Positions 17,848 through 26,797 of a DNA stretch of 54,544 nucleotides are shown in pieces. Origin of the DNA: a virus. How positions within the stretch are numbered: the stretch's first letter is position 1; every line of letters starts with the position of its first letter. The stretch is taken from positions 1 through 54,544 of the IMG/VR virus record IMGVR_UViG_3300045996_001382. One strand, written 5' to 3'. Both the position numbers and the translations under genes were made by a program. Below the pieces are notes generated by a model that did not search any database, was not told the DNA's origin, and worked only from the letters and a program-made list of their open reading frames with translations.

Positions 17848-18396
17848 AGTAAGAGACTGAATGATTTTATTAATGGTATCCGTGGTGAGTAATTGTGATG
17901 GCTGTACTCTTATTATACGCCAACCATTTGCGGCTGCGTGTGTTGACTTATCCATATCACGGGCGATACCCGTGCCTGAGCTGTGTGCAGATGCTCCCCT
18001 CATATAGATACCTCCCTCTACTTCAATAGCAAGGCGCGTATCATTACCATTATGTATGGGTATGGCATAATCAAATCGGTATTGTTTATCAATAGTAAAA
18101 TAGAATTCAGGCCATACGTCTATATGGTATACCTGTTTACATAGGGATATGAATTGATCTATTTGTCCGGCTTTATTCTTTATATTAAGTGAATCATCAA
18201 TCCACCCCGTTTTTAGGCGATTACAGGCACGTTTTTTCTTTTTAGGTGTGTAAGTACCGTTATTAATCATTTGTTGCACCTGATCAGGCCTATATAGGAC
18301 GTTGTTTATTTCCTGATAGCCTTTATCTATAAGAGACTTATAAAGTTTTTTATTCTCGGCTTGTTTATTCATTATAGCTAAATATAGCCATTTCAC
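17845..18396 (-). CDS. Restriction-endonuclease-fold (Vsr/DUF559-like) nuclease
   Basis: The C-terminal segment FDYAIP...LAIEVEGGIYMRGASAHSSGTGIARDMDKSTHAAANGWRIIRV fits the D...E-x-[DE]-G...D-x-K...GW-x-(I/V)-x-R pattern of this fold. Confidence 0.5.
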   Translation of the reverse strand: MKWLYLAIMNKQAENKKLYKSLIDKGYQEINNVLYRPDQVQQMINNGTYTPKKKKRACNRLKTGWIDDSLNIKNKAGQIDQFISLCKQVYHIDVWPEFYFTIDKQYRFDYAIPIHNGNDTRLAIEVEGGIYMRGASAHSSGTGIARDMDKSTHAAANGWRIIRVQPSQLLTTDTINKIIQSLT

Positions 18397-18436
18397 ACGT
18401 TGCGAAAAAAATAAATAAAAAAAAGTTTAAAATAAA

Positions 18437-18469
18437 TTTGGATATTAAATTCATTTGTATTTATATTTG
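18437..18469 (+). promoter_or_regulatory. Bacteroidota-type promoter TTTG-N21-TATATTTG for the plus-strand early block
   Basis: TTTG at 18437-18440 and TATATTTG at 18462-18469, within an AT-rich divergent intergenic region. Confidence 0.4.
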
Positions 18470-18506
18470 TATCAACAAACAGAAAATAAATTAAAACTTG
18501 CAAATC

Positions 18507-18650
18507 ATGAAAACTTTAATCTTAAAAACTCAAAAAATCAATCCATCAGCATTGGCAGTTTACGCATTGGCAACAATAGCAGGGGGCGCAATAGTATTAT
18601 TTATTGTTAACGCGCTGATACATGGTATAGCCTCAACAGTACATTTATAA
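18507..18650 (+). CDS. Hypothetical 47-aa membrane peptide
   Basis: Hand-found ORF MKTLILKTQKINPSALAVYALATIAGGAIVLFIVNALIHGIASTVHL. One TM helix. Confidence 0.4.
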   Translation: MKTLILKTQKINPSALAVYALATIAGGAIVLFIVNALIHGIASTVHL

Positions 18651-18730
18651 TGGATAGGTTATTTATCATCATCGCGGCAATAATAACCGCGATAACATTA
18701 GCATACATATTTTTAACACCAACTTATTAA
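18650..18730 (+). CDS. Hypothetical 26-aa membrane peptide
   Basis: TAATG-coupled ORF MDRLFIIIAAIITAITLAYIFLTPTY. Confidence 0.3.
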   Translation: MDRLFIIIAAIITAITLAYIFLTPTY

Positions 18731-18741
18731 AACTTGCAATT

Positions 18742-18978
18742 ATGAAAGATTTATTATTAAACGGCGAAATTATAGAATTTAACAACGCAGATCATTTATT
18801 AGAATTTCGTTTTAGCACATCAACTAAAAAATTTCATATCATTTTTAATGCTAAAAACATTTACAGCTCAAAAACATTTGGCCGGGCTGAAAATAAGCTT
18901 AACAATCTGATTGAAAAATATAAGCTAAGTAAATTAGAATGTATGGGATCGTTTGACGAAAATGGAGACACTATCTAA
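18742..18978 (+). CDS. Hypothetical protein
   Basis: 78-aa ORF preceded by the TTAAAACTTGCAA motif. Confidence 0.55.
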   Translation: MKDLLLNGEIIEFNNADHLLEFRFSTSTKKFHIIFNAKNIYSSKTFGRAENKLNNLIEKYKLSKLECMGSFDENGDTI

Positions 18979-19018
18979 ATAGACATTGTAAATTATTGCA
19001 AGTGGTTTGCAATCCCGG

Positions 19019-19054
19019 CCGCGCTGACTGTATTTATTTACGGAGCGCGGTTTT
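19019..19054 (+). terminator. Hairpin plus T4 (terminator/attenuator-like)
   Basis: CCGCGCT-(18 nt)-AGCGCGG followed by TTTTGAGG. Confidence 0.4.
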
Positions 19055-19094
19055 GAGGTGGGTAACAATACCGTTTCCCATAACTTGCAAAAAA

Positions 19095-19664
19095 ATGACT
19101 ACTCAAAAAAGAATTGAAAATTTAATTGCTGAATTAGCAAAAGCAGCCGGGTTGACAAACAATAAAAAATCGGCTATTGAAAAAAATCACGAATACTATT
19201 TAACGTACGAAAATGCGGCCGTTTACGGTGGTTACCGTTTAATAATGGTAAGTGTAAAAAATGGCAGTCACTCCGGCGCGTTTGGTTTTAGCTCAACAGA
19301 ACCACGCGTAAAAGGCCCGGTTTTTATAGTAAAATTAGAGGCTATTTTGGCCGGGATAAAAACCGAAATAAAAAGAGATAGTCTAACCATTACGGCGCGC
19401 GAATGGTTAGACAAAGTTAATGGTAACTCATATTTTGCCGCCCTTGTTACCTTTAATAATAAGCAAATAAAAGTACCGTTTCAATACGGTTATGAAGATC
19501 AATATTTGCAGGCCACCGCCGAGCAATTGCAAAAAGATGGCATATTGAATAATGATGTTACCATTTACAATTTGGGCCGGTATTGCCGCGAAAATAATAT
19601 AGAATTTAATGCAACCATTAAACGCGACTGTTTGAAACGCGATGTTAAAGCATTGGTTTCATAA
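19095..19664 (+). CDS. Hypothetical protein
   Basis: The ORF-track frame is 18996..19664. The ATG at 19095 (MTTQKRIENL...) is preferred because the upstream 99 nt hold a hairpin and the AACTTGCAA motif. Confidence 0.6.
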   Translation: MTTQKRIENLIAELAKAAGLTNNKKSAIEKNHEYYLTYENAAVYGGYRLIMVSVKNGSHSGAFGFSSTEPRVKGPVFIVKLEAILAGIKTEIKRDSLTITAREWLDKVNGNSYFAALVTFNNKQIKVPFQYGYEDQYLQATAEQLQKDGILNNDVTIYNLGRYCRENNIEFNATIKRDCLKRDVKALVS

Positions 19665-19682
19665 CTATAAAATCAAATAGTC

Positions 19683-19808
19683 ATGAAAACATATAAATTT
19701 TGTTTTGAAGGCCGCCAAGTTGGGGCAATCGGCAAAACCTACTATAATGTAAAAACATTTAGGGCAACATCCTTAAAAGGTGCAATTAAAAGCCTTTATA
19801 AAATTTAA
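19683..19808 (+). CDS. Hypothetical 41-aa protein
   Basis: Hand-found ORF MKTYKFCFEGRQVGAIGKTYYNVKTFRATSLKGAIKSLYKI that fills the gap. Confidence 0.4.
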   Translation: MKTYKFCFEGRQVGAIGKTYYNVKTFRATSLKGAIKSLYKI

Positions 19809-19812
19809 GATC

Positions 19813-20106
19813 ATGAATTTACAACCACATAACCCAAACTATAAATTAGTCGGTGTAATTATCAACAATAAAGAATTTGTTTTCGGCGTGGATAACAACG
19901 GAAACAATGAAGGCTTAGAAGTTTATTACAAAAAATCAAATGATCCCGCGCAACACTTTTATTATAGCCGCCGATTTACCGGACCGCGTAATATTCCTAT
20001 GGTTTATAATGAGCTTTTTATTAAGCTTAAAAAGATGGTAGCTGAATGTTTACCGGGATATAAACTGACCTTAGAATTAACCGACTTTAAAAACATAAGC
20101 TTTTAA
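19813..20106 (+). CDS. Hypothetical protein
   Basis: ORF-track frame 19780..20106. The ATG at 19813 (MNLQPHN...) is preferred over the GTG. Confidence 0.55.
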   Translation: MNLQPHNPNYKLVGVIINNKEFVFGVDNNGNNEGLEVYYKKSNDPAQHFYYSRRFTGPRNIPMVYNELFIKLKKMVAECLPGYKLTLELTDFKNISF

Positions 20107-20110
20107 CATC

Positions 20111-20608
20111 ATGAAAAAATTAACAGATAAAAAAGAAGTAACATATATAGTTTGTTGGGTAAAAGAGGGTAAACAAAAAGGCCATCTATTATCTACCCCC
20201 GATAAGGATAAATATGAAGTTTTTATTGATGACTACGATGGCGCAAAAGCTAAGTACGATAAATTATTAACTAAGGATCGTACCCACAGCGTTTCTATTT
20301 GTGAGGTCGTTGAAAGTAGCGATTACCCTGCAATTAAACCATATATAGAGCGCGAATATTCGCTATGCGAAGCGGTTGCAGATATTGCCGCCCAGGTTGC
20401 AGCCAGGCGTTTTATTTCAACAGATAGCCGGATGGTAATAAGTTTAATTATTCAATGGGCCAATGAGTTTGAAGCGGCAAACGAGGGCGCGGATTGGGGG
20501 GTAGATACCGAATTAGATTACATCGAAGCCATTGATCAATTCACTGATATTAAGATCCGGGACGCAATTGATAAAGAGTTTGGATATATAGATAGTGATA
20601 ACCATTAA
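20111..20608 (+). CDS. Hypothetical protein
   Basis: 165-aa ORF. No motif recognised. Confidence 0.6.
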   Translation: MKKLTDKKEVTYIVCWVKEGKQKGHLLSTPDKDKYEVFIDDYDGAKAKYDKLLTKDRTHSVSICEVVESSDYPAIKPYIEREYSLCEAVADIAAQVAARRFISTDSRMVISLIIQWANEFEAANEGADWGVDTELDYIEAIDQFTDIKIRDAIDKEFGYIDSDNH

Positions 20609-20618
20609 TTTAATCACC

Positions 20619-20873
20619 ATGAAACCGATACGCAAAACACACCCAGCAACATTAAAGCTAAAAAGGTTATTGAAGGCATATTCATTTGCCCGGTATGATA
20701 ACTATTTGGATAGAATTATAGAGCTATTCAAATTAGATGACATTAAATCAGCAAAATTAATGTTTAAAGATATCCCTAACGAATATAAAAAAGAGGGTTT
20801 TAAATATTTGGTATTTTCCGGGGACTTTTTATCTGAACTGCAGGTATTCGACTATTTTTTTGAATTAATATAA
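20619..20873 (+). CDS. Hypothetical protein
   Basis: ORF-track frame 20595..20873. The ATG at 20619 (MKPIRKTHP...) is preferred. Confidence 0.55.
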   Translation: MKPIRKTHPATLKLKRLLKAYSFARYDNYLDRIIELFKLDDIKSAKLMFKDIPNEYKKEGFKYLVFSGDFLSELQVFDYFFELI

Positions 20874-20901
20874 TCAATACACACTTTTAAAACTTCTGAA
20901 A

Positions 20902-21063
20902 ATGTTTAAAAATCTGTTCAAAATTACTCCTTTGTCGTTCAGGGAACGCCGGGAGCTGGTATTAAGAAAATGGGAGCGTTACGGCTATAAGCAAAAACCA
21001 CCACAACCAAAAGCGGCTATTTATTTAGCTGATAAAGTACATAGTTTAATGATGGCTTATTAA
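20902..21063 (+). CDS. Hypothetical 53-aa protein
   Basis: Hand-found ORF MFKNLFKITPLSFRERRELVLRKWERYGYKQKPPQPKAAIYLADKVHSLMMAY. Confidence 0.4.
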   Translation: MFKNLFKITPLSFRERRELVLRKWERYGYKQKPPQPKAAIYLADKVHSLMMAY

Positions 21064-21073
21064 CTTATTTATT

Positions 21074-21487
21074 ATGGTACAAACTTTTGAAACTGCAGTT
21101 GAAAAATCTGTAAATTTTTGGGTTGAAAAAACTTTCAATACTCCAAACAACCAAAACAACGGGGATGCCTTTCAGTCCGGTATGGCTAATATGTTAGCGG
21201 ACATATTGCGAAAAAAGGTAAAACCCGACATGGCTAATACTTTCAAAGAAAAGTTAACCAAAATTTTGTTAACGGATCCAGATTTTAAAAAATATGGTAT
21301 GCGATTAACGGTTGATTATGACCCGGGCAAATGGCTTCATGAAGCATGCGAACAATTTGGAGTTAACCCCGGATTATTGCCTATAAAATCAGCAACTTTT
21401 ATTAATCGCGAAACTTTAGAGGTTTTGGCCTATTATGGGTATGGATCGCACCCCGGTAATACTATAACCACCATTACCCATATTTAA
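21074..21487 (+). CDS. Hypothetical protein
   Basis: 137-aa ORF followed by a strong hairpin. Confidence 0.6.
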   Translation: MVQTFETAVEKSVNFWVEKTFNTPNNQNNGDAFQSGMANMLADILRKKVKPDMANTFKEKLTKILLTDPDFKKYGMRLTVDYDPGKWLHEACEQFGVNPGLLPIKSATFINRETLEVLAYYGYGSHPGNTITTITHI

Positions 21488-21488
21488 C

Positions 21489-21519
21489 AACCCCGGCTAT
21501 TACGATAGTCCGGGGTTTT
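21489..21519 (+). terminator. Strong hairpin (12-bp stem, TACG tetraloop) plus short T-run
   Basis: AACCCCGGCTAT-tacg-ATAGtCCGGGGTT followed by TT. Confidence 0.5.
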
Positions 21520-21542
21520 ACTGGTATAAAGCATTTAAGATT

Positions 21543-21806
21543 ATGGATACACCAACAAAAAATCATGTTATTGATCAGAAAAAGGTAATGAGCGAATTTT
21601 ATAGCGAAGTTGATGCGCAGCTAAACGAATTTAACCACCGTATTGATAAAGAGATACGGCGCGTATTAGATCGGGACGGTATATCTATTGATACGGCTTT
21701 AAAAGATTGGGTTTTGGTTTATACACCCGACGGCGCGGCGCGTCTATGTAAGGACGGTAAACCGATATCAAACGTTATTTACCCACCATATAATTATAAT
21801 TTATGA
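21543..21806 (+). CDS. Hypothetical protein
   Basis: 87-aa ORF. Confidence 0.55.
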   Translation: MDTPTKNHVIDQKKVMSEFYSEVDAQLNEFNHRIDKEIRRVLDRDGISIDTALKDWVLVYTPDGAARLCKDGKPISNVIYPPYNYNL

Positions 21807-21955
21807 AAAAAAGCTTTTTAAACGTCAGGCAGTTAAATAAAGAATTGGATTTTTTAGAATCTGAATTGTCGGACATTAAAACAATTGAGGCTAAACTAAA
21901 GGGACGTACTGGCCGGCCTAGTACAACCCCAAAAAAGAAAAAACGAAAAAAGTAA
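21803..21955 (+). CDS. Hypothetical 50-aa basic-tailed protein
   Basis: ATGA-coupled hand-found ORF ending in TTPKKKKRKK. Confidence 0.4.
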   Translation: MKKSFLNVRQLNKELDFLESELSDIKTIEAKLKGRTGRPSTTPKKKKRKK

Positions 21956-21959
21956 TATT

Positions 21960-22346
21960 ATGATAGATATAAAAGCAATTAGCGCGTTACTTACAGGCGA
22001 AGTAAGGCCGCCGCCCGAATCTGTTTATATGAATCCTATTGACTTTGATAAGCTTATACATGGATGGCTTATTGACTTCGCCGTATTCGATCCCGACCAT
22101 CCTGATAAATTGGCGGCCTCTTACAACGGGTTTACCATCTATTCAGACACGGACGTAACGCCGGGACGGTTTTATATAGCACCGCCCGAAGCGTGGGATA
22201 TTTTCAAACGGCTAAAAGCCCACCCCCTTTTACACGAAGGTTTGAGCGATGATGACCTGATGAAGATAGCAAACAGCATGTACATAAGCCGGCGGTCAAT
22301 GGATATGCTGTCGATATATCGATGTGAACCAAAAAAGCAAAAATAA
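21960..22346 (+). CDS. Hypothetical protein
   Basis: 128-aa ORF. Confidence 0.6.
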   Translation: MIDIKAISALLTGEVRPPPESVYMNPIDFDKLIHGWLIDFAVFDPDHPDKLAASYNGFTIYSDTDVTPGRFYIAPPEAWDIFKRLKAHPLLHEGLSDDDLMKIANSMYISRRSMDMLSIYRCEPKKQK

Positions 22347-22395
22347 ATTGGTCGTTCCAAGATAACTTGGTCACTCGGCCGAAAAATAAAAAAAT

Positions 22396-22677
22396 ATGAA
22401 AAAAAATATTGAGCAAAAAAGGCCAATAAGCCTGGACAAATTAAATGCAATTATAAAAAAGTGGAAGATAAACCTGGGCATTTTGTCTGCAGAGACAGGA
22501 ATTGCAAAAAGTACGCTGGCAAATATGTTGAACCCAAAATATCCACAATATTATATGGATGATCAGCAATATTTTGATGTGATATCAGCAATTGGCCGGA
22601 TAGGTATTTCACAGGTGGAGTTTTTCAAAAAAGCTAAAAAGAATCTAAATCCAGGTATATATAAGGTAAAAAAGTAA
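22396..22677 (+). CDS. Putative HTH DNA-binding protein
   Basis: The segment LSAETGIAKSTLANMLN looks like a Cro/C1-type helix-turn-helix. Confidence 0.45.
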   Translation: MKKNIEQKRPISLDKLNAIIKKWKINLGILSAETGIAKSTLANMLNPKYPQYYMDDQQYFDVISAIGRIGISQVEFFKKAKKNLNPGIYKVKK

Positions 22678-22685
22678 AATTTTAT

Positions 22686-22922
22686 TTGAAAATTTCGACC
22701 CCCACCGGTCGTTTTAAATTAGGAAATATGGAATATCAGATTAAAAAGATAATAGGCGATAACCCTTATGTGTTAAATAGCGAATACTTTTATTTTGACA
22801 TTTTAGATTTGTTAAAATCAACGTTTTCAATAATTAAGGTAAAAACCCATGACTTAACCTATGAGGTTTGGACATGGTCAGATATGCCCACAATTGATGA
22901 AATTAAAATCAAATTAGCATGA
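22686..22922 (+). CDS. Hypothetical protein (start uncertain)
   Basis: 78-aa ORF beginning at a TTG. An alternative ATG lies at 22728. Confidence 0.45.
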   Translation: MKISTPTGRFKLGNMEYQIKKIIGDNPYVLNSEYFYFDILDLLKSTFSIIKVKTHDLTYEVWTWSDMPTIDEIKIKLA

Positions 22923-23119
22923 AAGGACAATTTAAAATATACGGGCCGACAAGGAAGCGTGGTGCCAAGCAGAAACTTTCAGCCGCTGATAAAACGAATA
23001 TGCGTAACGATTTTATACGTGAACGAATGACCATATCTGATCTGATGAAGAAGTATAAAATGTCTCAGTCGATGGTGTACGCACATTTAAAAGCAACTAA
23101 ACCCTCGACATCAAGCTAA
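22919..23119 (+). CDS. Putative HTH DNA-binding protein
   Basis: The segment MTISDLMKKYKMSQSMVYAHLK resembles resolvase/Hin-type HTH. Confidence 0.45.
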   Translation: MKGQFKIYGPTRKRGAKQKLSAADKTNMRNDFIRERMTISDLMKKYKMSQSMVYAHLKATKPSTSS

Positions 23120-23369
23120 TAGTAACCGGCTTAGTAATCTTTTGCAACCCCAATACGTTGCTAATTAAATAAAAAGCGATATCAGGATCCAAGCCATATT
23201 TAACGGCAAGGAACCTGATATTGTTTCTACCACATTTATATTCTTCGCATAGGTCACATACCACCTGCGCCCCAACTACATCATATAGCTGAACATGCTG
23301 ATCACCGGCGAAGTAGTAGCGTTCATCCATCGGTGTCCCTATTATCTGGCGCTCTACCCAATAATACAT
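23097..23369 (-). CDS. Hypothetical protein
   Basis: 90-aa ORF. It converges with the plus block and overlaps it by 23 nt. Confidence 0.5.
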   Translation of the reverse strand: MYYWVERQIIGTPMDERYYFAGDQHVQLYDVVGAQVVCDLCEEYKCGRNNIRFLAVKYGLDPDIAFYLISNVLGLQKITKPVTISLMSRV

Positions 23370-23565
23370 CTACCTCAATTTCTGCACAGGCATCATCGAA
23401 AGAACTTTCTGGCATCTGCGATACTACCTGGTCCATAAAACTGTTCATGGCGGCAAGCAGTGTCACACACCTGTTATCGCCTTCAATATCGACTTTAAAT
23501 TCATTATGAAAGGATGCTAATATCAACGCATCCTTTGGGGTTAGTTCGATTTTAAGATTGCTCAT
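23323..23565 (-). CDS. Hypothetical acidic protein
   Basis: 80-aa ORF directly after the SNF2 gene. Confidence 0.5.
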   Translation of the reverse strand: MSNLKIELTPKDALILASFHNEFKVDIEGDNRCVTLLAAMNSFMDQVVSQMPESSFDDACAEIEVDVLLGRAPDNRDTDG

Positions 23566-23566
23566 A

Positions 23567-25312
23567 TTATTTCTGATTAAATAGATTTTTGGTTATGTCA
23601 GTTATGATGGTGCTGATATCAGTCGTTGTGCCGGTAATAGCGTCTGCCACGCCGCGCTTCGCCTCAATCAGTTTATAGATATATTCATCAATGGTATCTT
23701 TTCCCAAAAAGTAGCTTATCTGGGCGCTATTCTTTTGGCCTATACGGTGAATCCTATCTTCGCATTGTTCCACATCTGCCGCATGCCATGGTAGTTCAAG
23801 GAACATTAACCTGGATGAAGCAGTAAGGGTAATGCCCACGCCTGCAGCTTTTATACTACAGATGATAACCTGCACACTCGGGTCATTCTGAAACGCATCA
23901 ACGTTACGCTGGCGGGCCTCCCTGTCATCATCACCGCGCACCGTCACTGCTTCTGGAAACTCTTTCATCAAGGCCTCGGCCATAAACTTCTGATGTATAA
24001 ACACAACTATCTTTTCTCCAGCATCAACTACCTCCTGTATGTGCTCAATAGCTTCTGGCAGTTTGCCTCGGGCACTTATAGATTTAAGCACACCAATTTT
24101 TACCATGATCTCAGCATTCAGCGATTTGTTCACCTGCTTATCACTATAACCTGATTCTCTTAGGAATTTACCCAAGTCGCCTTTTGCCATATTGTATTCC
24201 GCCCTGGTGGTGATATCGCAGGTGAATACCTCACGCATTTTATCTGGCAAGTCCTTAAGTACATCCTGTTTTTCCCTACGGAAGAAGCAAATATTATTCA
24301 GCTTGCCGTTAAGTTCATTAAGGTTTGCCGCACCAGTACCACCTTGGCAATACCTATCCATGAAATATTTGTAACCACCGAAGTTTTGTAGCTGGCCAAT
24401 CATGGATAGCTGGCTATTCAGGTCCCGAGGTTTATTCACCACAGGCGTACCCGTCAGGCCAATAATAATAGGTTTACCTGTAGTAATACCCTTGGCCACC
24501 TTTGCTTGTCTGGTAGACGGGTCCTTAAGTTTGTGCAACTCGTCAATGATTACCGATTTGAACATGCCAATTAGCGGGTTAAACTGAATATCCTTAAGTC
24601 CAGGCTTAGTACCTTTTTTATTGGTGGTACCGATCACGAAGTATGACCACAGCGATTCATAATTAATGATGATAAAATCAGCCATGCCCATTCGGTGATA
24701 TTGATGCCAAGTATGACGGTTCTTGTCATGCAAGATGATGGCGCGGCGGTTACTGAATTTTTCCTCAATCTCCCTGCGCCAGTTTTCCTTTAGTGTGGCC
24801 GGGCAGATAACTAAGCAGGGATAAGGATAGTTTTTATTATATTCTTCCTGGTCACCTTTTAATTTTGCCTGAGCAGCTAGGGATTCAAAACCCAATATTG
24901 TTCCTATAGACTGCATGGATTTACCCAGGCCCGGTTGATCAGCATTAATAAACTTGCGCAACTGCAGTCCCCGGGCGATACCCTTCTCCTGATAATGAAA
25001 CGGCTTAGTACCTGCTTTCCATGGTATAGGAATAGTAAGCTCAGGCAGTTCTTCAATTTTAAATATTTTTTCTTCACCTATGGCGTCAGGATGGGTAACC
25101 ACATATTTGGCTTTAAACTTCTCGATAGCAGGCTTATTGTAAAACTGCGTTTTAGTTCCGTCAGCGTTTTTCCGTTCAGCAATATGTGGTATGAACCAAC
25201 CTTTTTCTTTGCCTTGGAATCTGTGGCCGGGGATTTCTTTTAACTCCTTTACGATGTGTGGCCGAAAATCAAATTGTGCGTATATGCCGCGGGCGTCTTC
25301 TGTAATAACCAT
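23567..25312 (-). CDS. SNF2-family DEAD/H helicase-like ATPase
   Basis: Motifs ADQPGLGKS (I), DELH (II), LTGTP (III), GVGITLT (V) and QCEDRIHRIGQ (VI). Confidence 0.9.
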   Translation of the reverse strand: MVITEDARGIYAQFDFRPHIVKELKEIPGHRFQGKEKGWFIPHIAERKNADGTKTQFYNKPAIEKFKAKYVVTHPDAIGEEKIFKIEELPELTIPIPWKAGTKPFHYQEKGIARGLQLRKFINADQPGLGKSMQSIGTILGFESLAAQAKLKGDQEEYNKNYPYPCLVICPATLKENWRREIEEKFSNRRAIILHDKNRHTWHQYHRMGMADFIIINYESLWSYFVIGTTNKKGTKPGLKDIQFNPLIGMFKSVIIDELHKLKDPSTRQAKVAKGITTGKPIIIGLTGTPVVNKPRDLNSQLSMIGQLQNFGGYKYFMDRYCQGGTGAANLNELNGKLNNICFFRREKQDVLKDLPDKMREVFTCDITTRAEYNMAKGDLGKFLRESGYSDKQVNKSLNAEIMVKIGVLKSISARGKLPEAIEHIQEVVDAGEKIVVFIHQKFMAEALMKEFPEAVTVRGDDDREARQRNVDAFQNDPSVQVIICSIKAAGVGITLTASSRLMFLELPWHAADVEQCEDRIHRIGQKNSAQISYFLGKDTIDEYIYKLIEAKRGVADAITGTTTDISTIITDITKNLFNQK

Positions 25313-25317
25313 GTTTT

Positions 25318-25860
25318 TTATATTTGAATTGAGTTAATTATATTAAGGTTAGCAAATTCGCCGTGATATTTTACAGCCATCCTATTATATGCAAGCGCGG
25401 CTTCTTCTTCTAACGAGTATGACCCTCCACTTATCTGTCTTTTTTTATGAGGGTGTATTTTTACATTAATGCTTGCGCACCATTTACCATATCTATTATC
25501 CTTATGAACTCCTAAATAAATTGAACTTGAACCTTTAGCAGATGTTCTATTTTTACTATTGCCACTATAATCGGCAGCCCGAAGATTCTCTATTTTATCA
25601 TTTAAAGGGTTCCTATCTTCATGGTCAACAATAGTAGGCAACCATCCAAGATGCCAAAGAAAAATCAAACGGGACAGGGCGTAAGGCTTCCTATTTATTG
25701 TGGTGTACCATCTTTTATAATTGGGCCTATTTTTATCAACACGGACGCCACCAACCCTTTTACCCTTAGTTTTATTGGCACGATTATCTACTTTCCAATA
25801 TAAAGCTCCATCGCGATAGTCAAAAAGTGTTTTTATGTAATCTTGTGTAAGAGTTGTCAT
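25318..25860 (-). CDS. HNH homing-type endonuclease with AP2 DNA-binding domain
   Basis: VDHEDRNPLNDKIENLR (HNH) plus YLGVHKD..GKWCASI...SLEEEAALAYNRMAVKYHGEFANLN (AP2). Confidence 0.8.
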   Translation of the reverse strand: MTTLTQDYIKTLFDYRDGALYWKVDNRANKTKGKRVGGVRVDKNRPNYKRWYTTINRKPYALSRLIFLWHLGWLPTIVDHEDRNPLNDKIENLRAADYSGNSKNRTSAKGSSSIYLGVHKDNRYGKWCASINVKIHPHKKRQISGGSYSLEEEAALAYNRMAVKYHGEFANLNIINSIQI

Positions 25861-26027
25861 AATGATAATGTTTGTTGAATGTTATTATAATTTTTTAATA
25901 TTCTTTTACGTTCATTTTTTTTAGCCTTCCTAGGCAAAGAAAACGTTGCCCTCCATTCGTCACGTAACCGATCTTTATGGCTGCATTCTACCGACATTGC
26001 TATTAAGTCATCTTCTGTATATTTCAT
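25857..26027 (-). CDS. Hypothetical 56-aa basic protein
   Basis: Hand-found ORF with ATGA overlaps at both ends (MKYTEDDLIAMSVECSHKDRLRDEW...). Confidence 0.4.
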   Translation of the reverse strand: MKYTEDDLIAMSVECSHKDRLRDEWRATFSLPRKAKKNERKRILKNYNNIQQTLSL

Positions 26028-26737
26028 AATTCCAAGGATTGTTGTACATTATTAAAGTGAGTATGGTAGTTGGTCCAGATAGCCTCGGTAGTACTATATA
26101 AACTGCCACGTTGTTTAATTATGGGGATAAAGTCCATCCAATCTGCTTTTGTGTTTTCGCATACAATTACTTGGCCCTCCCGTTCACGGCACCAATCACC
26201 TAAGTGGGTGAAATCTATTTTTTTATTACTCATTGGATAGGCCCCTCCCCCAAATTGATAAGGCGGGTCGATAAACCAAGTAGCTTTTTGGTTGGCAATA
26301 TTTATATAATCATCGCATATAAAATTCCAATGTCTTATTTTATATAAATTTGCCGCTATCTTTTTAAGGTTAAAATTAATGTGGTTGGGCCTGTCTATGG
26401 TTTTTCTTTTTGTAGCCGTCTTTAATGGGCGCTGAGAACCGCATCCGATAACGAACCCGTAAAAATGCTTTTGTGCCGCACAATCAAATTTCATATCATC
26501 AAGTTTGGCACCCAATTCCAAGTTCCTGGGTAGGCCAAGTATATCTTTTTCAGAACACACTTTAAGCCAGTTCCATATATCTATAATCAACGGGTATTTA
26601 TCAACAAGTATAATTTCTTTTTCAAAGTGCAATAACGAATATTTAGCGGCGCCGGCAAACGGTTCGATAATAGTATCGAATGCAGGCTTTGGATAAAAAG
26701 CAGCTAAATTGGTCTTGCTACCGTAGTAACTCCACAT
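26024..26737 (-). CDS. DNA N6-adenine methyltransferase, D12 (Dam-like) class
   Basis: YYGSK...EPFAGAA (AdoMet motif) and IDPPYQ (DPPY catalytic motif). Confidence 0.85.
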   Translation of the reverse strand: MWSYYGSKTNLAAFYPKPAFDTIIEPFAGAAKYSLLHFEKEIILVDKYPLIIDIWNWLKVCSEKDILGLPRNLELGAKLDDMKFDCAAQKHFYGFVIGCGSQRPLKTATKRKTIDRPNHINFNLKKIAANLYKIRHWNFICDDYINIANQKATWFIDPPYQFGGGAYPMSNKKIDFTHLGDWCREREGQVIVCENTKADWMDFIPIIKQRGSLYSTTEAIWTNYHTHFNNVQQSLEL

Positions 26738-26797
26738 AATTATTTTTCAGTAAAGCGAGAAGCCGAAGCCTCCCGCGTAAGTTAATAGATCAGTTAA

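Noticed and set aside
18996-19094. N-terminal 33-codon extension of the 19095..19664 gene as drawn in the ORF track
   Set aside because: The extension starts at a non-ATG codon and covers a hairpin/terminator-like element and the AACTTGCAA motif. That motif precedes other start codons, so the ATG at 19095 is the more plausible start.
22172-22450. Minus-strand ORFs 22172..22450 and 22204..22416 inside the plus-strand early block
   Set aside because: They overlap the well-packed plus-strand genes 21960..22346 and 22396..22677 and have low-complexity F/I/L composition. They are antisense shadows.
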